NCBI GenBank assembly: GCA_964016885.1
Contig: OZ024753.1
Location: forward strand, 18,352,001 to 18,416,000
Origin: Eledone cirrhosa
Lineage: Eukaryota
Length of the DNA: 64,000 bases
Reading direction: 5' to 3'
Below, in pieces: positions 30,125-43,265 of the stretch. Numbering within the stretch: position 1 is the first letter of the stretch; each line of letters opens with the position of its first letter. Below the pieces are notes generated by a model. It was not told where the DNA came from, did no database searches, and saw nothing but the letters and a program-made list of their open reading frames with translations. A program made the translations under genes and the position numbers.

Positions 30125-32496
30125 TATTAAAATAACAGATTAAAGTTTAAGCAAAGAATCGCTGCTTTCACCCTTAACGGGATCTTCTGAAACTAACAAA
30201 GTCAATCTGTAAACGCGGAAACTGGATATTTTCAAAAAACTTTGCAACCGGAGGAAGACAGGAAGACGATACTTTGGTTCATGGTGACGTTCGCTTGCAA
30301 AGAACGGGAAAAAAACGATAAATACGTCATAAATAGGAGCGGTGAAAAACAATACGTGCAAGGACAGAACCACGTTTATGGTATAAAAGATGTCGTAGAC
30401 TAATGTTCTCTAAGTGGTGCATAGAGACGTTCTTTGGCAATGAACGAAAAAACGAAGATAATAAGTCATATTTGGAGCGTGGAGAACAATAGCGTGCAAA
30501 GACAAAACCACGTAAATGGTAAACAGAAGTCGTAGACTAAAATTCTAACTAGGAGACCGAATGAATCTCCGCTACAGATACCCGTATAGAAAGCCGAATG
30601 ATACGCTTAATTACATAAGTAAGCATTCCAACCATCCTGCCAGCATAACCAAGAACCTGGTAAAAAACGTTTCGTTGAGGCTTTCCCCGTCTTTCCACCA
30701 ACGAGCGTATTTTCAACGACCATTCCACTTATTACAATGAAGCTCTTGCTCGAAGTGGATTTGTCGATAAGGTAGCATATACAGAGTACGAGAATAGACC
30801 TAGAAGAAATAGATACCGTCGCATTTGTTGGTTTAACCCACCATATAATATGGAGGTGGCCACACCATTAGCTAAGATCTTTCTTTCCCTTATTACGAAG
30901 CATTTTCCCCCTACACAATAAATATAGTAAAATTTTTAATAGAAACACTATTAAAATGTCTTACTCAACGACTCTTAACCTTGCACATAACATCACAGCT
31001 TCAAATTTAGCTAAAATACATAGCCGTAGGAAACACGTGCAACCCTGTAGTTAGTACTAACTGTAATTGTAGGAATCGGGCTGATTGTCCCCTATCCGGG
31101 AAATACCTCTCTAGTAACATTGTCTACAAATGTAAGGTTGTCACACCCACGTCCCGTAGGGCCTACATAGGGTTAACCGCCAATAGTTTCAAGCAGCGTC
31201 TTTACGTGCATACCCATTCTTTTCGTTACCCTCTAAGAAGGAATATGACGTCACTTTCAGCTTATATCTGGAGTCTAAAAGACAACCACACCCAATATAA
31301 GTTACACTGGGAGATCCTAGCTAGGGCTAGATCGTATAACGGAAATAAAAGACCATGTGACCTCTGCGCCGCTGAGGCCCTGGAAATACTCTACGCCACA
31401 GACCACATCTTAAACAAAAAATCTGAGGCAATTTCGGCTTGTAAACAGAAATTGCACAAAACTTTCCTGTATTACAGCCCTACGTTATACCCTAACGGAT
31501 AGCACGATCTATACGTGGATATTTACGTCTTGATGTGGGAGCTAAGTATATGTTTTGTTTATTCCTTTACTTTTTGCATGGGTAAGTATATATTAACCGT
31601 ATGTTTTGTGAAGGCATGTATAACTTCTCGTACGTATATTTGACTGTTTTGGCGTATAATTTTTACATATTCTGGTATTTAGGGCTTGGTTATGTGTATA
31701 TGGGAGTTTTGCGTCTGCGTGAGTATGCAGGTTCGTACGTATGGTGGGTGTGTGTATATGTGTACTTCTTGTTTTAGTTGACTTACGTCTCCGAACCTTC
31801 ATGTATTTATTTGTAGGTATGTGTGTGCGCTTGTTATATACGTATTTATTTACTTATATACGTTTATATAATTATTTATTTATTTGTACACAAGCATACA
31901 CACATACACATATTTATATGTGCGTGCTTTTGTATACCCATGGTAAGGTTTTGCGTATGCTTGTGTATGTACGTATCTGTTTGCGTGTATGTATTTATTT
32001 GTTCCTATTACTTCTGTATTGTATTTATTTACTTTGTTCTTAACTCTGTAGCGGAGATTCATTCGGTCTCCTAGTTAGAATTTTAGTCTACGACTTCTGC
32101 TATACCATTTACGTGGTTTTGTCTTTGCACGCTATTGTTCTCCACGCTCCAAATATGACTTATTATCTTCGTTTTTTCGTTCATTGCCAGAGAACGTCTC
32201 TATGCACCACTTAGAGAACATTAGTCTACACCTCTTTTATACCATAAACGTGGTTCTGTCCTTGCACGTAATTGTTTTTCACCGCTCCTATTAATGACGT
32301 ATTATTCGATTTTTCCCGTTCTTTGCCAGCGAACGTCACCATGAACCAAAGTATCGTCTTCCTGTCTTCCTCCGGTTGCAAAGTTTTTTGAAATATCCAG
32401 TTCTGCGTTTACAGATTGACTTTGTTAGTTTCAGAAGATCCCGTTAAGGGTGAAAGCAGCGATTCTTTGCTTAAACTTTAATCTGTTATTTTAATA
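30125..32496 (+). mobile_element. 5'-truncated Naiad-type PLE flanked by ~450-bp inverted pLTRs (30125-30578 / 32045-32496)
   Basis: The arms are near-identical reverse complements. Internal 30579-31502 encodes broken YPYRKPNDTLNYISKHSNHP, ICWFNPPY, CNCRNRADCPLSG, YIGLTANSFKQR and CDLC motifs. Confidence 0.9.
32427..32477 (+). ncRNA. Hammerhead-like motif with U4A core variant (copy at 30144-30194, - strand)
   Basis: agttt-CAGAAGA-tccc gttaa gggt-GAAAGCA gcgattctt TGCTT-aaact. Stem I is extended by acagattga/ttaatctgt. Confidence 0.55.
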
Positions 32497-32599
32497 AATA
32501 TTTGCTCTTCGGTTCTTATATATTTGATATATATTTTCCTTATCGAGCCCTCTCTGGATTTTAGTCTTCAATTTCATTATTATTACTATATATATTTAC

Positions 32600-32804
<205 letters not shown>

Positions 32805-32879
32805 GGTATATATATATATATGTATATATATATATGTATATATATATATAGGGGCGATGAATTAGTTTAGCGAGGTTTT

Positions 32880-34830
32880 TTATATGAAATCGTGTGTGGA
32901 CCAAAGCTATACGGACCCCCCAAAACAATGATCAGGTAAGAAAAATTGTCGCACATGCAATAGGGGCTAGTATCAAAACTACCCTAAAGGGCCACATATT
33001 TAAGTTCAATGAGAAAATCTAGACCCAAAATGAGGGAGCAGCCATCGGCGTCAGCATAGCTGGTGATGTTGCCAACCTTTTCATGGTATGGTGGGAAAGG
33101 GGACTTAAAGATCTCCTTAATGAAAGCTCCATAGACCTCATCATGTACTGTCGTTATGTAGACGATATCAATATAGTTATAAGAACACCCCCACTAGAGA
33201 GCACTAACAAGTTTGATTTAGAACGTAGCACGATGGAAAGCATCCAGCAGATAGCTAATTCCATACACCAGAGTATAACTGTAACTATCGACTTCCCTTC
33301 CAAACACCCTAACAATAGACTACCTGTATTAGACACAGAACTCTGGATTAACGCTATAGACGAGAAAGCCTAAATTCTCCACTCACACTATGCTAAACCC
33401 ATGGCCTTCAAATACCTGATACTCAAAAACTCAGCAATGTCCAGTAGTGCTAAGTTTAATATTCTGATCGCAGATTTGGTACGAGTGATGAAGAATGTGT
33501 CCAGCATGTGCGACCCAACAGAAATGGAAAGACACATCCAACACTTCATCAACCGCATGCAGTTCTCTGGCGACAACCAAAGAGACAGAGTCAGAGTATA
33601 CGAAGGCGCCATGGAAAAGTATAAGACCCTCATAGAACTGGACATGAAAGGAATTTGCCCATTATACAGGAGCAAATCATGGAATAGCTTAGATAGGGCT
33701 AGACATGAGATAGGGAAGGCCACATCATGGTACGACAACCAGAGATATCAGAGTGTCATGTTTGTGGACGCCACCCCTGGAGGGAAATTAGCTAACCAGT
33801 GTAGAAAGGCCCTGAGAAAGACCCACTTAAAAATAAAGGTGGTAGAAAAGCCAGGAACCACCATAAAATCCCTGATCAGCAAAACCTACCCTTTTAAGAA
33901 AACCCACTGTACCAATAGGAAATGTATCATATGTAAGGTGAACCCCCGGATAAACTGTAAAACTAGAAACGTAGTCTATAGTACAGAGGGTACTTGCAGA
34001 AACATGACAACAACATACATAGGTGAGACAGCTCGTAGCATAGGTGAAAGGTTAGACCAACACTGGGGGCAACTAAAAGGACGAAAAAACGGGTCGGTAC
34101 TATACGAACATGCTAGACACCAACATGACGGTAACATAGACAACATAGAAATTAGAATAATATCTAAACATAGGAATGACCCAGCAGATAGGCAAATCAG
34201 AGAGGCCAGTGAAATAGAAATTAGAAGACCAAAGCTAAACAGAAAGAATGAGTGGAACAACAACAACACCCAAACAAACAACACTGACCTAAGAGAAGTA
34301 TAAATAAGTAAATAAAATAAAATAAAATAAGATAAATAAATACATACACAAGCACAATAACAACAAGCACATAAACACACACTAGTCACCCAGCAGACAC
34401 AACACTATACACACTAGTCACACAGCAAACATAACACTATACACACACGCAAACGCATGCGCAAAGAAGACAAAATAAAATAAACAAACAAGCAAATAAA
34501 TAAATAAATATATAGACAGACTGAATAAAAAAAAATGGCGTAGACATACAACACAACAGGAGGAAAAAATATAACACCACTGACGATGTTGCAGATGTGC
34601 AACGAAATATTTATGTAAATTATGTAAACTATATATATGTGTTTGTGTCTATATTGTATCTGCATTATTTTTGACCGTCGGTCAGTCAATGGCAACATTG
34701 AGGACCGAGTAAGTTAGATCGCAGATATAAAAGACAGCGAGAAGCGAAAACCAACCAAACAGTGAGTGTGTTCTGTTATTAATTCTGGCAATATTACACA
34801 AATATGACCCTCCCCAAGTATAACAATATA
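32880..34830 (+). pseudogene. 5'-truncated PLE of a different clade (Neptune-like): RT + Cys-rich linker + GIY-YIG
   Basis: GAAIGVSIAGDVANLFM, YCRYVDD, LPVLDTELW, CTNRKCIIC..C linker, VVYS...YIGETARSIGERLDQH, RQIREA, LNRKNEW. In-frame stop at 33373. The clade assignment is an inference. Confidence 0.85.
34573..34643 (+). ncRNA. Probable hammerhead ribozyme in the PLE 3' UTR
   Basis: CTGACGA-t gttgca gatg tgcaac-GAAA with a perfect stem II. Stems I and III are only weakly reconstructable (aacacca / tgtgtt). Confidence 0.5.
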
Positions 34831-36362
34831 TATATATATATATACATATATATGTATATATATATATATATATATAAACACATACACACACACACGTACA
34901 TATATATATATACACGTATGTGTACGTGCGTACTTACCTGTGTGTATGTGCATATCTGTCAATGTGTGTTCATGTGTGTGTGTGCTTAATGCTGTAATGT
35001 ATATACTTAGAAACATCGACACAATCGCCGAAAGAGAGAATCTACTCAGCCACCAGTGAACTTATATTTGAAGGATTTATTTCACTCTCGATACACTGAA
35101 AAGAAATGAAACAATCTATTGAACTAAACCATAAAATTATACAATATTGGTATCAAAAGACTTGTTTAACTGAGTGGAATATTTTGCAAACTTAAGCCTT
35201 AAAAAAACACCTCTATTGTTCAAGAAGTAATGCCAAATTTTGATGGATGACCGAGAAAGATGAAGAAGTATTCTCCGTTCTACTTTAACATCCCAAGAAT
35301 ATTAGATATGCCTTCATGATGGAACAGGAAACAATGTAAGATGTAAATTTGGAAATAAAGGAAATATCAAACATGGAAAGAATGAGATTAAATTGTGATA
35401 CAAAATTAGATTGCCATTAATACAGAAAAAAAAACGAAAATTCGAAGACATTTCATACATTTCCAAATACGTAAGAAAAGAAAAGTAAAAAATATATACA
35501 GGATAAAAATCTACCAAAATACACCCTGAATACTCTAAGAAATCTAAGCATACATCAGGATGTATTACAAACATGAAAGAAGATATATAAAAAAGTACTG
35601 TTTCCAAATGCATTATTATATAAACGAAAAAATAAAGAACCTCCCAAAGCTGAAAGCAACTGGAAAATCAATGAAAAGAACATGAGATGACGTAAATACA
35701 AATCTGAAAATGTGAAGGACAAAATGAAAATGGAACTGGCGAACATAGGTGATTCTTTATACAACTGTCAAAATTAATCCAAGAGAAATTGAATATATGA
35801 GAATTTTGTTAAAATAAGAAAATAGATGGCCGAAAGCAAAATATATAATCACTGACAAGTAGATCAGTTCTATGAAAAGAAAAAAAGATTTACAAAACAT
35901 TTAAATAATATAACATTCCAAAAACGCATCCATGTACCAGCTACACTTAATCAAGTAATATGACTCTACAGCCGAGTAGATCTTCATAAAAATCACCAAA
36001 TCTTCTCCAGTAAAACAAAATCTATATTTATTTCTGTCAGTGCCATTAGTAATATCTTCAAAACACACATCTATAATACAATAGAGGGAGACGTCCGGCA
36101 TAGCGCCTGTTTTACATTTTTGTTTATCCCGTTAGTAAAATAAGTTGGATTACTTTGAATAAAAAATGAATGAATATTATGTAATTTACATACTAAATTA
36201 CGAAGCTCTTGATTAAACATAAATATTCTCATATATAAAGTAGTTTTTATTTTGAGATTCATTTCTTTAAATGTTTAAACGTCAACACTTCCGGTTATAT
36301 TATAATACTTATCACATCGCTTATATAAACGTTCATATATTTGCATCGTTATATATAGTTTA

Positions 36363-36450
36363 ATCCCGCCGAGGTTAACTTTGCCTTTCATCCTTACGTG
36401 GTCGATAAAATAAAGTACCAGTAATACACTGGTAATTGCTGGCCTTGTGA
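36363..36450 (+). mobile_element. SINE family A, 5'-truncated
   Basis: atcccgccgaggttaactttgcctttcatccttacg.ggtcgataaaataaagtaccag matches 9894-9980. Confidence 0.8.
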
Positions 36451-38581
36451 CTAACGTATAAACAGTTATATATAGTTTATATTTAGGTCGCTAATTTTCT
36501 ACTTTTTCGTTTTCATAACATTTTAGTTTATCATATATTACGGTCAGGTCACTCTTGAGTGCTACTGGTAGCATGTAACCCAGTACAACCTGTCACATGT
36601 TCGGGTCGTCGGGGAAGATACCGGCAACCCCACCAAGTTTACTTGGTGAGGAGGGTGATTTTAGACACCCTGCAGGACAAAAAACAAAACCTGACAAAGG
36701 GCGGAAGAACTCATAAGATTCAACAGCCATCTAAAAAAAAAATCCTGCCAAATCAATGGGTGGCAGTAGTTCCAGCTACACGCATCGAAAGACTGGTGTA
36801 GTGGTTCTGAGAACAATACGGCTTTGTAGATGATCAATGCAAATTGTCAATGGAAAGTCGCTGTCGCTCAAGTTAGAAGAGTACTAATGACCTTCAGAAG
36901 CAGCGACCCCTGATGGTATTCAACCGAAAAAAATATGAAGTACAACAAATCCAATGTTCCTTGGGGCGGCTCTGGTTCTTCTTATTTGCGAGTAAACTCG
37001 ACCAGATTAGATTAGATTAGATACATGCAGTTTATATATAATATCGTCTTTTTTTAAAATGTATCATGGATTACTTTACTGATTACAGAAGAGAGTGTAA
37101 CACAGTCTCTCTTCAATTTCTGTGCATATTGTCAATTACGATTTCATTTGACGTATCATATCTACATGCATATATATTTGCTTATAATATCAATATGCAC
37201 ACTACACATGCTAGCAGAAAACCACCCGAAGAGTGGTTTTTCTGCTAGTTTATCTAATGTCGCCTCCTTTTCGGGCTCTTCGCCTACCAGATCTCTCGTA
37301 TCCCCGGTCTCCGAGCTGTCATTTCCTCAGCAAAACTTTGAGGATTGTATCCTGCCCGTGGATGGAGTCCTGTGAGGTGTAGGGGGTTGATATAATGGGT
37401 GAGGCTAGCTGTTCTACGCGGTAATGCATTTGATATATTCTCCGAGTAGCGCAGATGAAATTTACAACCTAAATTGTGGAGCTGATCTGCCTCTCCCTCT
37501 CTCCCTCTCACTCTTTCTCGCTCTCTCATTCTGTCTCTGTGTCTCTCTGTCTCTCTTTCTCTCTCTCTATTTCCATTCCCTTTCATTATTTAATTCATAT
37601 ATCAAAACTTTATATAATTTAAATAAAATTGTTGAAGAAGGATTATAAAATACATCATAAACCGGTATTTCTCATAAGCAGTTTCGAATTTGAGACAAAC
37701 CCTTGACTTTTTTTTTTCGATTTTTGATACGTTTCGAATTTAGTATTAGGCGAAGACAATGTCTCTCCTGGACTAAAACGATTATATTGTGAACTTGGAG
37801 AATTTATGAAGTGAAGTAAAGTTACTTATTAAACTAGAATTTTAGTAGTGGAGACATGTGGTGTCCATAAGACCACCTCCCTACTCCCCACCTTCGGCCC
37901 GGAGGCGGCTAACCAGAGGTGTGATCCTCGCGAACTACAATGGCTCTCCCAGCGAGTATCACTATCACCCTCCGGGAAAGCGCCTTCTCTACTCAGTCCA
38001 CCGGGGCCCCGGGGCGGTCGGTGCATGGACCCCCCATTTTCTCATAATAGCGAGGGATGGTAAGAGTGAGAGAGACTGATGAAGTGACTGTAAACTAGAA
38101 GAGCAATAAGAGAAACCCAGCTTTATAACAGGATTGAGACAAAGGCTGCTTAGTTAGTAAAATTCTTACAGCTTGACATTTTTAGTAATAACTAGACAAC
38201 CCGTGACCTGTTGGGGCACCAATAGTTCAAGGTACCCGAACAAACTGCGTATCTCGGTAACCCGCGGTCCGATTTATGCGAAAATAATTTTATTACATTT
38301 GTATTCCCATTTCAGGGTCAACTTCCTTTCAAAGTATTTTCCCATTATGCGCCCCTTTTGGCTGTATTACATTATAGACAAGCAAGCAATTAATCACAGA
38401 GTTTTAGTAATATATAAATTGAAATAAACATAATCTAAAACATATAGGTCTAGTTAGGGGGATAGCAGTCAGTTATTTCACGTCCTAATGAGTGTGTGTT
38501 TGTGTGGCTAATTAGAAGTGAGAATAATTAGTGTGGTTCATAATAGGGTGTATATGAAACCATATAGGATATATTTATGTA

Positions 38582-38797
38582 TAATGGTTCCTGATTTAGA
38601 CACAAGACTAACAGTTTCTGGGGAACTGGAGTTCGATTAAATCAACCCCAGGGAGTTACTAGTACGTTATTCTATCGACTTCGTAAGGATGACTAGCAAA
38701 ACAAACGTCGGCGGGATTTGAACTCAGAGCGTAAAGGGGCATAACTCTATACCGGGAAGCACGGTGTCCGACACTCTACCGATACCACCAATCTACT
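38582..38797 (-). mobile_element. SINE family A, diverged
   Basis: Reverse-complement B-box (ggcgggatttgaactcag) and central domain (tatcgac..cgtaaggatga). Confidence 0.7.
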
Positions 38798-40187
38798 GTT
38801 ATAATAATATGTATAATAAACATTCATGAGTCACGCTATGAATTGTTTTTAGGTTGTGATATTATCACAGCTATCTCATTAGTAGTGAGTAGCATGCTAA
38901 ACAACTTTTCTGGATTGTTTCCGTCACGGCGACATTTAATCACGTGGTACTGAGATGAGAATATGACAAATAAACCCACGCGTCTTGAATATATGAATTA
39001 TAGGCTGGAGACACTCATTTACATGTGGTGTAAATAGAACATCGGTTGAAGATAATCATTTGCATATAGTAGAAACTTGACTGGCTAGGGTTAATTAGGA
39101 GAGAGTTACTGGTGTCTATAGGTACATATTGTATTTAGTTTAACACAAATCGTTTAACACATACTAAGTATATATTGTAGAATTCAGTAACTGCTGCTAC
39201 ATATTATACATGTCAGTTGGAATCGTGGCCAAAATGAGTTGTGTCTATAATTTGAAGGGCCAGCCTCGTCATATTCTGTGTCACTCTGAATCTCCCTCCG
39301 GAGTACCAATATTATGCTGTGTTATTTAGTTATATTATACCTAAATTGTGACACTAGTTCTCACAAATACAGCAACCTCATTTGAATTGCTTTGGAGAAA
39401 AATAATATTTTCATTGCATGAAACTTAATTTTTGTAAACTTCTTATTGTATAACTCATCACAGATTGGCGTGTAAATGAAGTAGCGAAGGGGTGACCACA
39501 GGGCAATCGGTTTTATGGAAGTTTAACCGAAATAATTCATCGTGAGCTCTGTAGCTCATCGGTTCGTGCAGGAGCTGGAGATCAGTACTGAACGTTTGGG
39601 TTCGTATGAAGCCAGCATCTTGAAAACTGATGTTACCTATTGCTTCAAAAATATGGTATTAAATATACGTTTTTGTTGCATTCATATTATATGTATGATA
39701 GATCCAGTGAGAAGCGCAAACGTTCTCTAATACGGCTTTTATCATGCGAGGAAACATATGAATTATCGAATTCTGTCTTCTAATCTGGGATCAAATCAAT
39801 TCGGGAAGATAAATAAAGTACAACTCTTGTTTACTGTAGAAACAATTATTAGGAAGCGTGTCTCAGAAAACGATCACATAATTATATTCAGTGAACCATA
39901 TTCGTACTTTTATTATGTATTTTTACAGGTGTTAAATATAACTTTAATTTGTACAACTATTATATACCGTTATATTGAGAATGGTGTAATAATCAAATCT
40001 TATCTTTGATAGATTAATATAAGATTTTACAAAATATTGTTGGATATATTGCGTCCAAAATGTTCTATTTTTATAACTAATCTATCAACATGAGATTTAT
40101 AATGAATTCATGAATGCAGTGAAGTGGAAATAAGGTTTAGTTCTTGCGTATATAACTCCTATTATTACAATTCATCAGAGAAGAGGT

Positions 40188-40400
40188 TAGGCAGCGTCGG
40201 TAGAGAGTCGGGCAACATAATTTGGAGCAAAGAATTACATCCCTTTACGTTTTGACTTCAAATTCCGCAGAGGTTAGCTTTGACTTTCATCCTTACGGGG
40301 TCAATAAAGGAAGGTACCACTAACGCTATAGGATACATTTAATCGTCAGACTCCCCCTCAAAAAGTGTTGGCTTCGTGTCTGAATCAGAAAACATTATTA
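40188..40400 (+). mobile_element. SINE family A, diverged
   Basis: ttcaaattccgcagaggttagctttgactttcatccttacggggtcaataaa. Confidence 0.7.
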
Positions 40401-41117
40401 AGATTCTTATCTATTCAAATCTAACCATTATATCTCCCATAGTCGATCCTCATATGATATGAGAGTAAGAGCAAGACTTGCAGTATTGCCAGGGAGGTAG
40501 TTCCCTCAGCTAAATCTGTCTAAATGTATGACATGCCGTGTTGTCCTGATACACTGAGTAGAAAGCTGTTATATAATATTGGAGTTGAATCATGCTCCTA
40601 CACTATGTGGCTTTTTAGGTGGCATCATTCTATATGTATTCAGACAACCCCTGTTGGGTAGATATATATTTGGCAATTCAACACGTCGTTCACATATACG
40701 ATCTAGCAGATATGAGGTACATATGTTAATCTGTCTCTTGTTCCATATTCTTTGATGAACTTGACTCCTGACGATACAACTTCAGTTCTCCCAGCATTGG
40801 CTATTCCAGTGTCTTGTAATTCCACGAACTGATTCTTCGAGTGTTTGCAACCATGGTTGGGGCACTATATAGATTGGAATTGGTTTCCTTGAGCCAATTT
40901 GACTTGTATTCCACACCAAAGTGTGATTAGGGCTTAGATCTATATTTGTAATCCTTCTCTGCGTCGATTATTTGTTTATTGATTCATGGATATATCTTAT
41001 TGAGATACTTAGGTATTAGAGACAACACATGTAAAAGGTAAACAGAAATAACAACATAAGCGGTACAGTATATGGAAGTAATATATTAGGTTAACGCTTG
41101 AAATAACAGGAAGAGGG

Positions 41118-41153
41118 TCTTAACGTTTCGGACGCTAGTCCTTCATCGAAAGA
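41118..41153 (-). ncRNA. Degenerate minimal hammerhead
   Basis: tctt-TCGATGA-a ggac tagc gtcc-GAAACGTT-aaga. Palindromic AACGTT stem III; core positions 3 and 4 are altered. Confidence 0.45.
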
Positions 41154-42007
41154 AAAAAATGAGAAATAATATCGACTGAATTGACGGCGATATGAAGTGT
41201 TTTGTGAGAGATTTAACATTTTCTATTCTTGATTTTATATTTTATTTTTCGTGATGGAATCCTGAGAAAAATGAGACATTATTAAATAATTATTTATGAT
41301 GGTATGGAATGGTGTATGTAGTTAGAGTCAATCGTGGTTTAAATCTAAATATATTCAGTGTTTAGGAAAAGAAAGTATGCGTGTTTATTTAGTTATTTAG
41401 TGCTGCATATATACATACTTCCTTCTTGCTGTAAAACCGTTAATATTATTCAAGTTTGATATTGAGGTGTATATTAAATAGATTTAATTATTGTATAGTT
41501 ATATTTAAAATACTTACGATTACTATTATTCTATTTGTTTATTAAACTCGCGTATTTTATTATTTACTATATTGAAATATTTTACCGAAATTTTTATTAT
41601 TAAATCTATTCACTAAGACTCAATCCTTGTATTAATATATATCCTCTAATACATATAGTATATATACTTAATTAATTAAAATAATAATACTTTTATAATT
41701 TTACTAATTGCCCTAATTGTTAGTGTTGTTTACACAATATTTACTGCAGAAATAAGCATAAGCTCTGTCATAGTAACAGTTTCTTAAGCAATGGTCATAT
41801 AGGTAATCATATAGGTCAATATTTCACCGATAGCCCTCAAATTATACAGGAGCAATCAATTCTTTTTTGATTATAAATATAAATTATTACACGATTTTGT
41901 TATATATTTTAGATTAGACGATAATTATCCTAAACTACAATATGGTTTAAATTATATATCCTAAAATATATATTTACTATTGTATTGTAATAACCTAAAT
42001 ACATCAC

Positions 42008-42650
42008 ATGGCTACTGAATATGTTACGACCAGAATACCTCTTGTGGCTACTGAATATGTTAAGACCAGAATACCTGTTGTGGCTACTGAATATGTTAAG
42101 ACCAGAATATCTGTTGTGGCTACTGAATATGTTAAGACCAGAATACCTGTTGTGGCTACCGAATATGTTAAGACCGGAATACCTGTTGTGGCTACTGAAT
42201 ATGTTAAGACCAGAATACCTCTTCTGGCTACTGAATATGTTAAGACCAGAATACCTGTTGTGGCTACTGAATATGTTATGACCAGAATACCTCTTGTGGC
42301 TACTGAATATGTTAAGACCAGAATACCTGTTGTGGCTACTGAAAATGTTAAGACCAGAACACCTCTTGTGGCTACTGAATATATTAAGACCAGGATACCT
42401 GTTGTGGCTACTGAATATATTAAGACCAGAATACCTGTTGTGGCTACTGAATATGTTAAGACCAGAATACCTGTTGTGGCTATTGAATATGTTAAGACCA
42501 GAATACCTGTTGTGGCTACTGAAATTGTTAAGACCAGAACACCTCTTGTGGCTACTGAATATATTAAGACCAGAATACCTGTTGTGGCTACTGAATATGT
42601 TAAGACCAGAATATCTGTTGTGGCTACTGAATATGTTAAGACCAGAATAT
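42008..42650. repeat. 36-bp minisatellite, ~18 copies
   Basis: Unit GTGGCTACTGAATATGTTAAGACCAGAATACCTGTT. It translates as (VATEYVKTRIPV)n, but there is no evidence of coding. Confidence 0.95.
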
Positions 42651-42706
42651 GTTAATATGTTAATACATAATATATAAGATCAAAAGATGGTTAAAAGAGT
42701 TCCATG

Positions 42707-42777
42707 TATTTTATTATGCGCATTTCAAAAACAAATATCATCATGCAATAACATTTGTGTTTTCATCAGATAAAATA
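42707..42777 (-). ncRNA. Type I hammerhead ribozyme in pLTR (intact core); + strand copy at 46586-46656 has GAAA>GAGA
   Basis: tattttat-CTGATGA-aaacacaaat...atttgttttt-GAAA tgcgca TA-ataaaata. Palindromic ATGCGCAT stem III; AUA site. Confidence 0.78.
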
Positions 42778-43265
42778 GGAAGACATGATATGAAGGTTAA
42801 AAAGACTTGTGGATAGTGCAGTTTTTAATCAACATATGAAAAGTAGTTTTTGATTGATGTGTGATATTGTGGAAAAATATGTTTGAGGGGGGAGAGGTTG
42901 GAAAGGATGAAAAAGAGGAGGAAGTTAGAGTAAAAAGTGCAGGGGGAGGAGTATAATGAGGAAGGATGAGATAGGAGGAGAGATGTGTGATAGAGAGAGA
43001 GAGAGAGATAGCTTTTATAACCGAGAAAAATATATTTTCTTACATAGAGAGGTTGAAAAACCGTTGGAAGATAATGTATAAATTAAAAGATATATTAGGT
43101 ATACTCCAGTCCTACAAACTGTAGAGTGCTTCTCATCCGATATCTGCATTGCTTTATTGTACTACAATAAAACTCACCTCCTACATTAACCTGCTCCTTA
43201 ACGGTTCAGCGCTAACTCTCATATTGGATAGCTTTTGATGGTCCTTTACCTTTTTCTTCTACAAC

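Noticed and set aside
35250-35900. A-rich decayed coding-like stretch (possible retroelement ORF1)
   Set aside because: Too degraded to assign to any family by eye.
42008-42655. CRISPR array or repeat-protein gene
   Set aside because: The 36-bp units are head-to-tail with no unique spacers, the context is eukaryotic, and there is no splice or other coding evidence.
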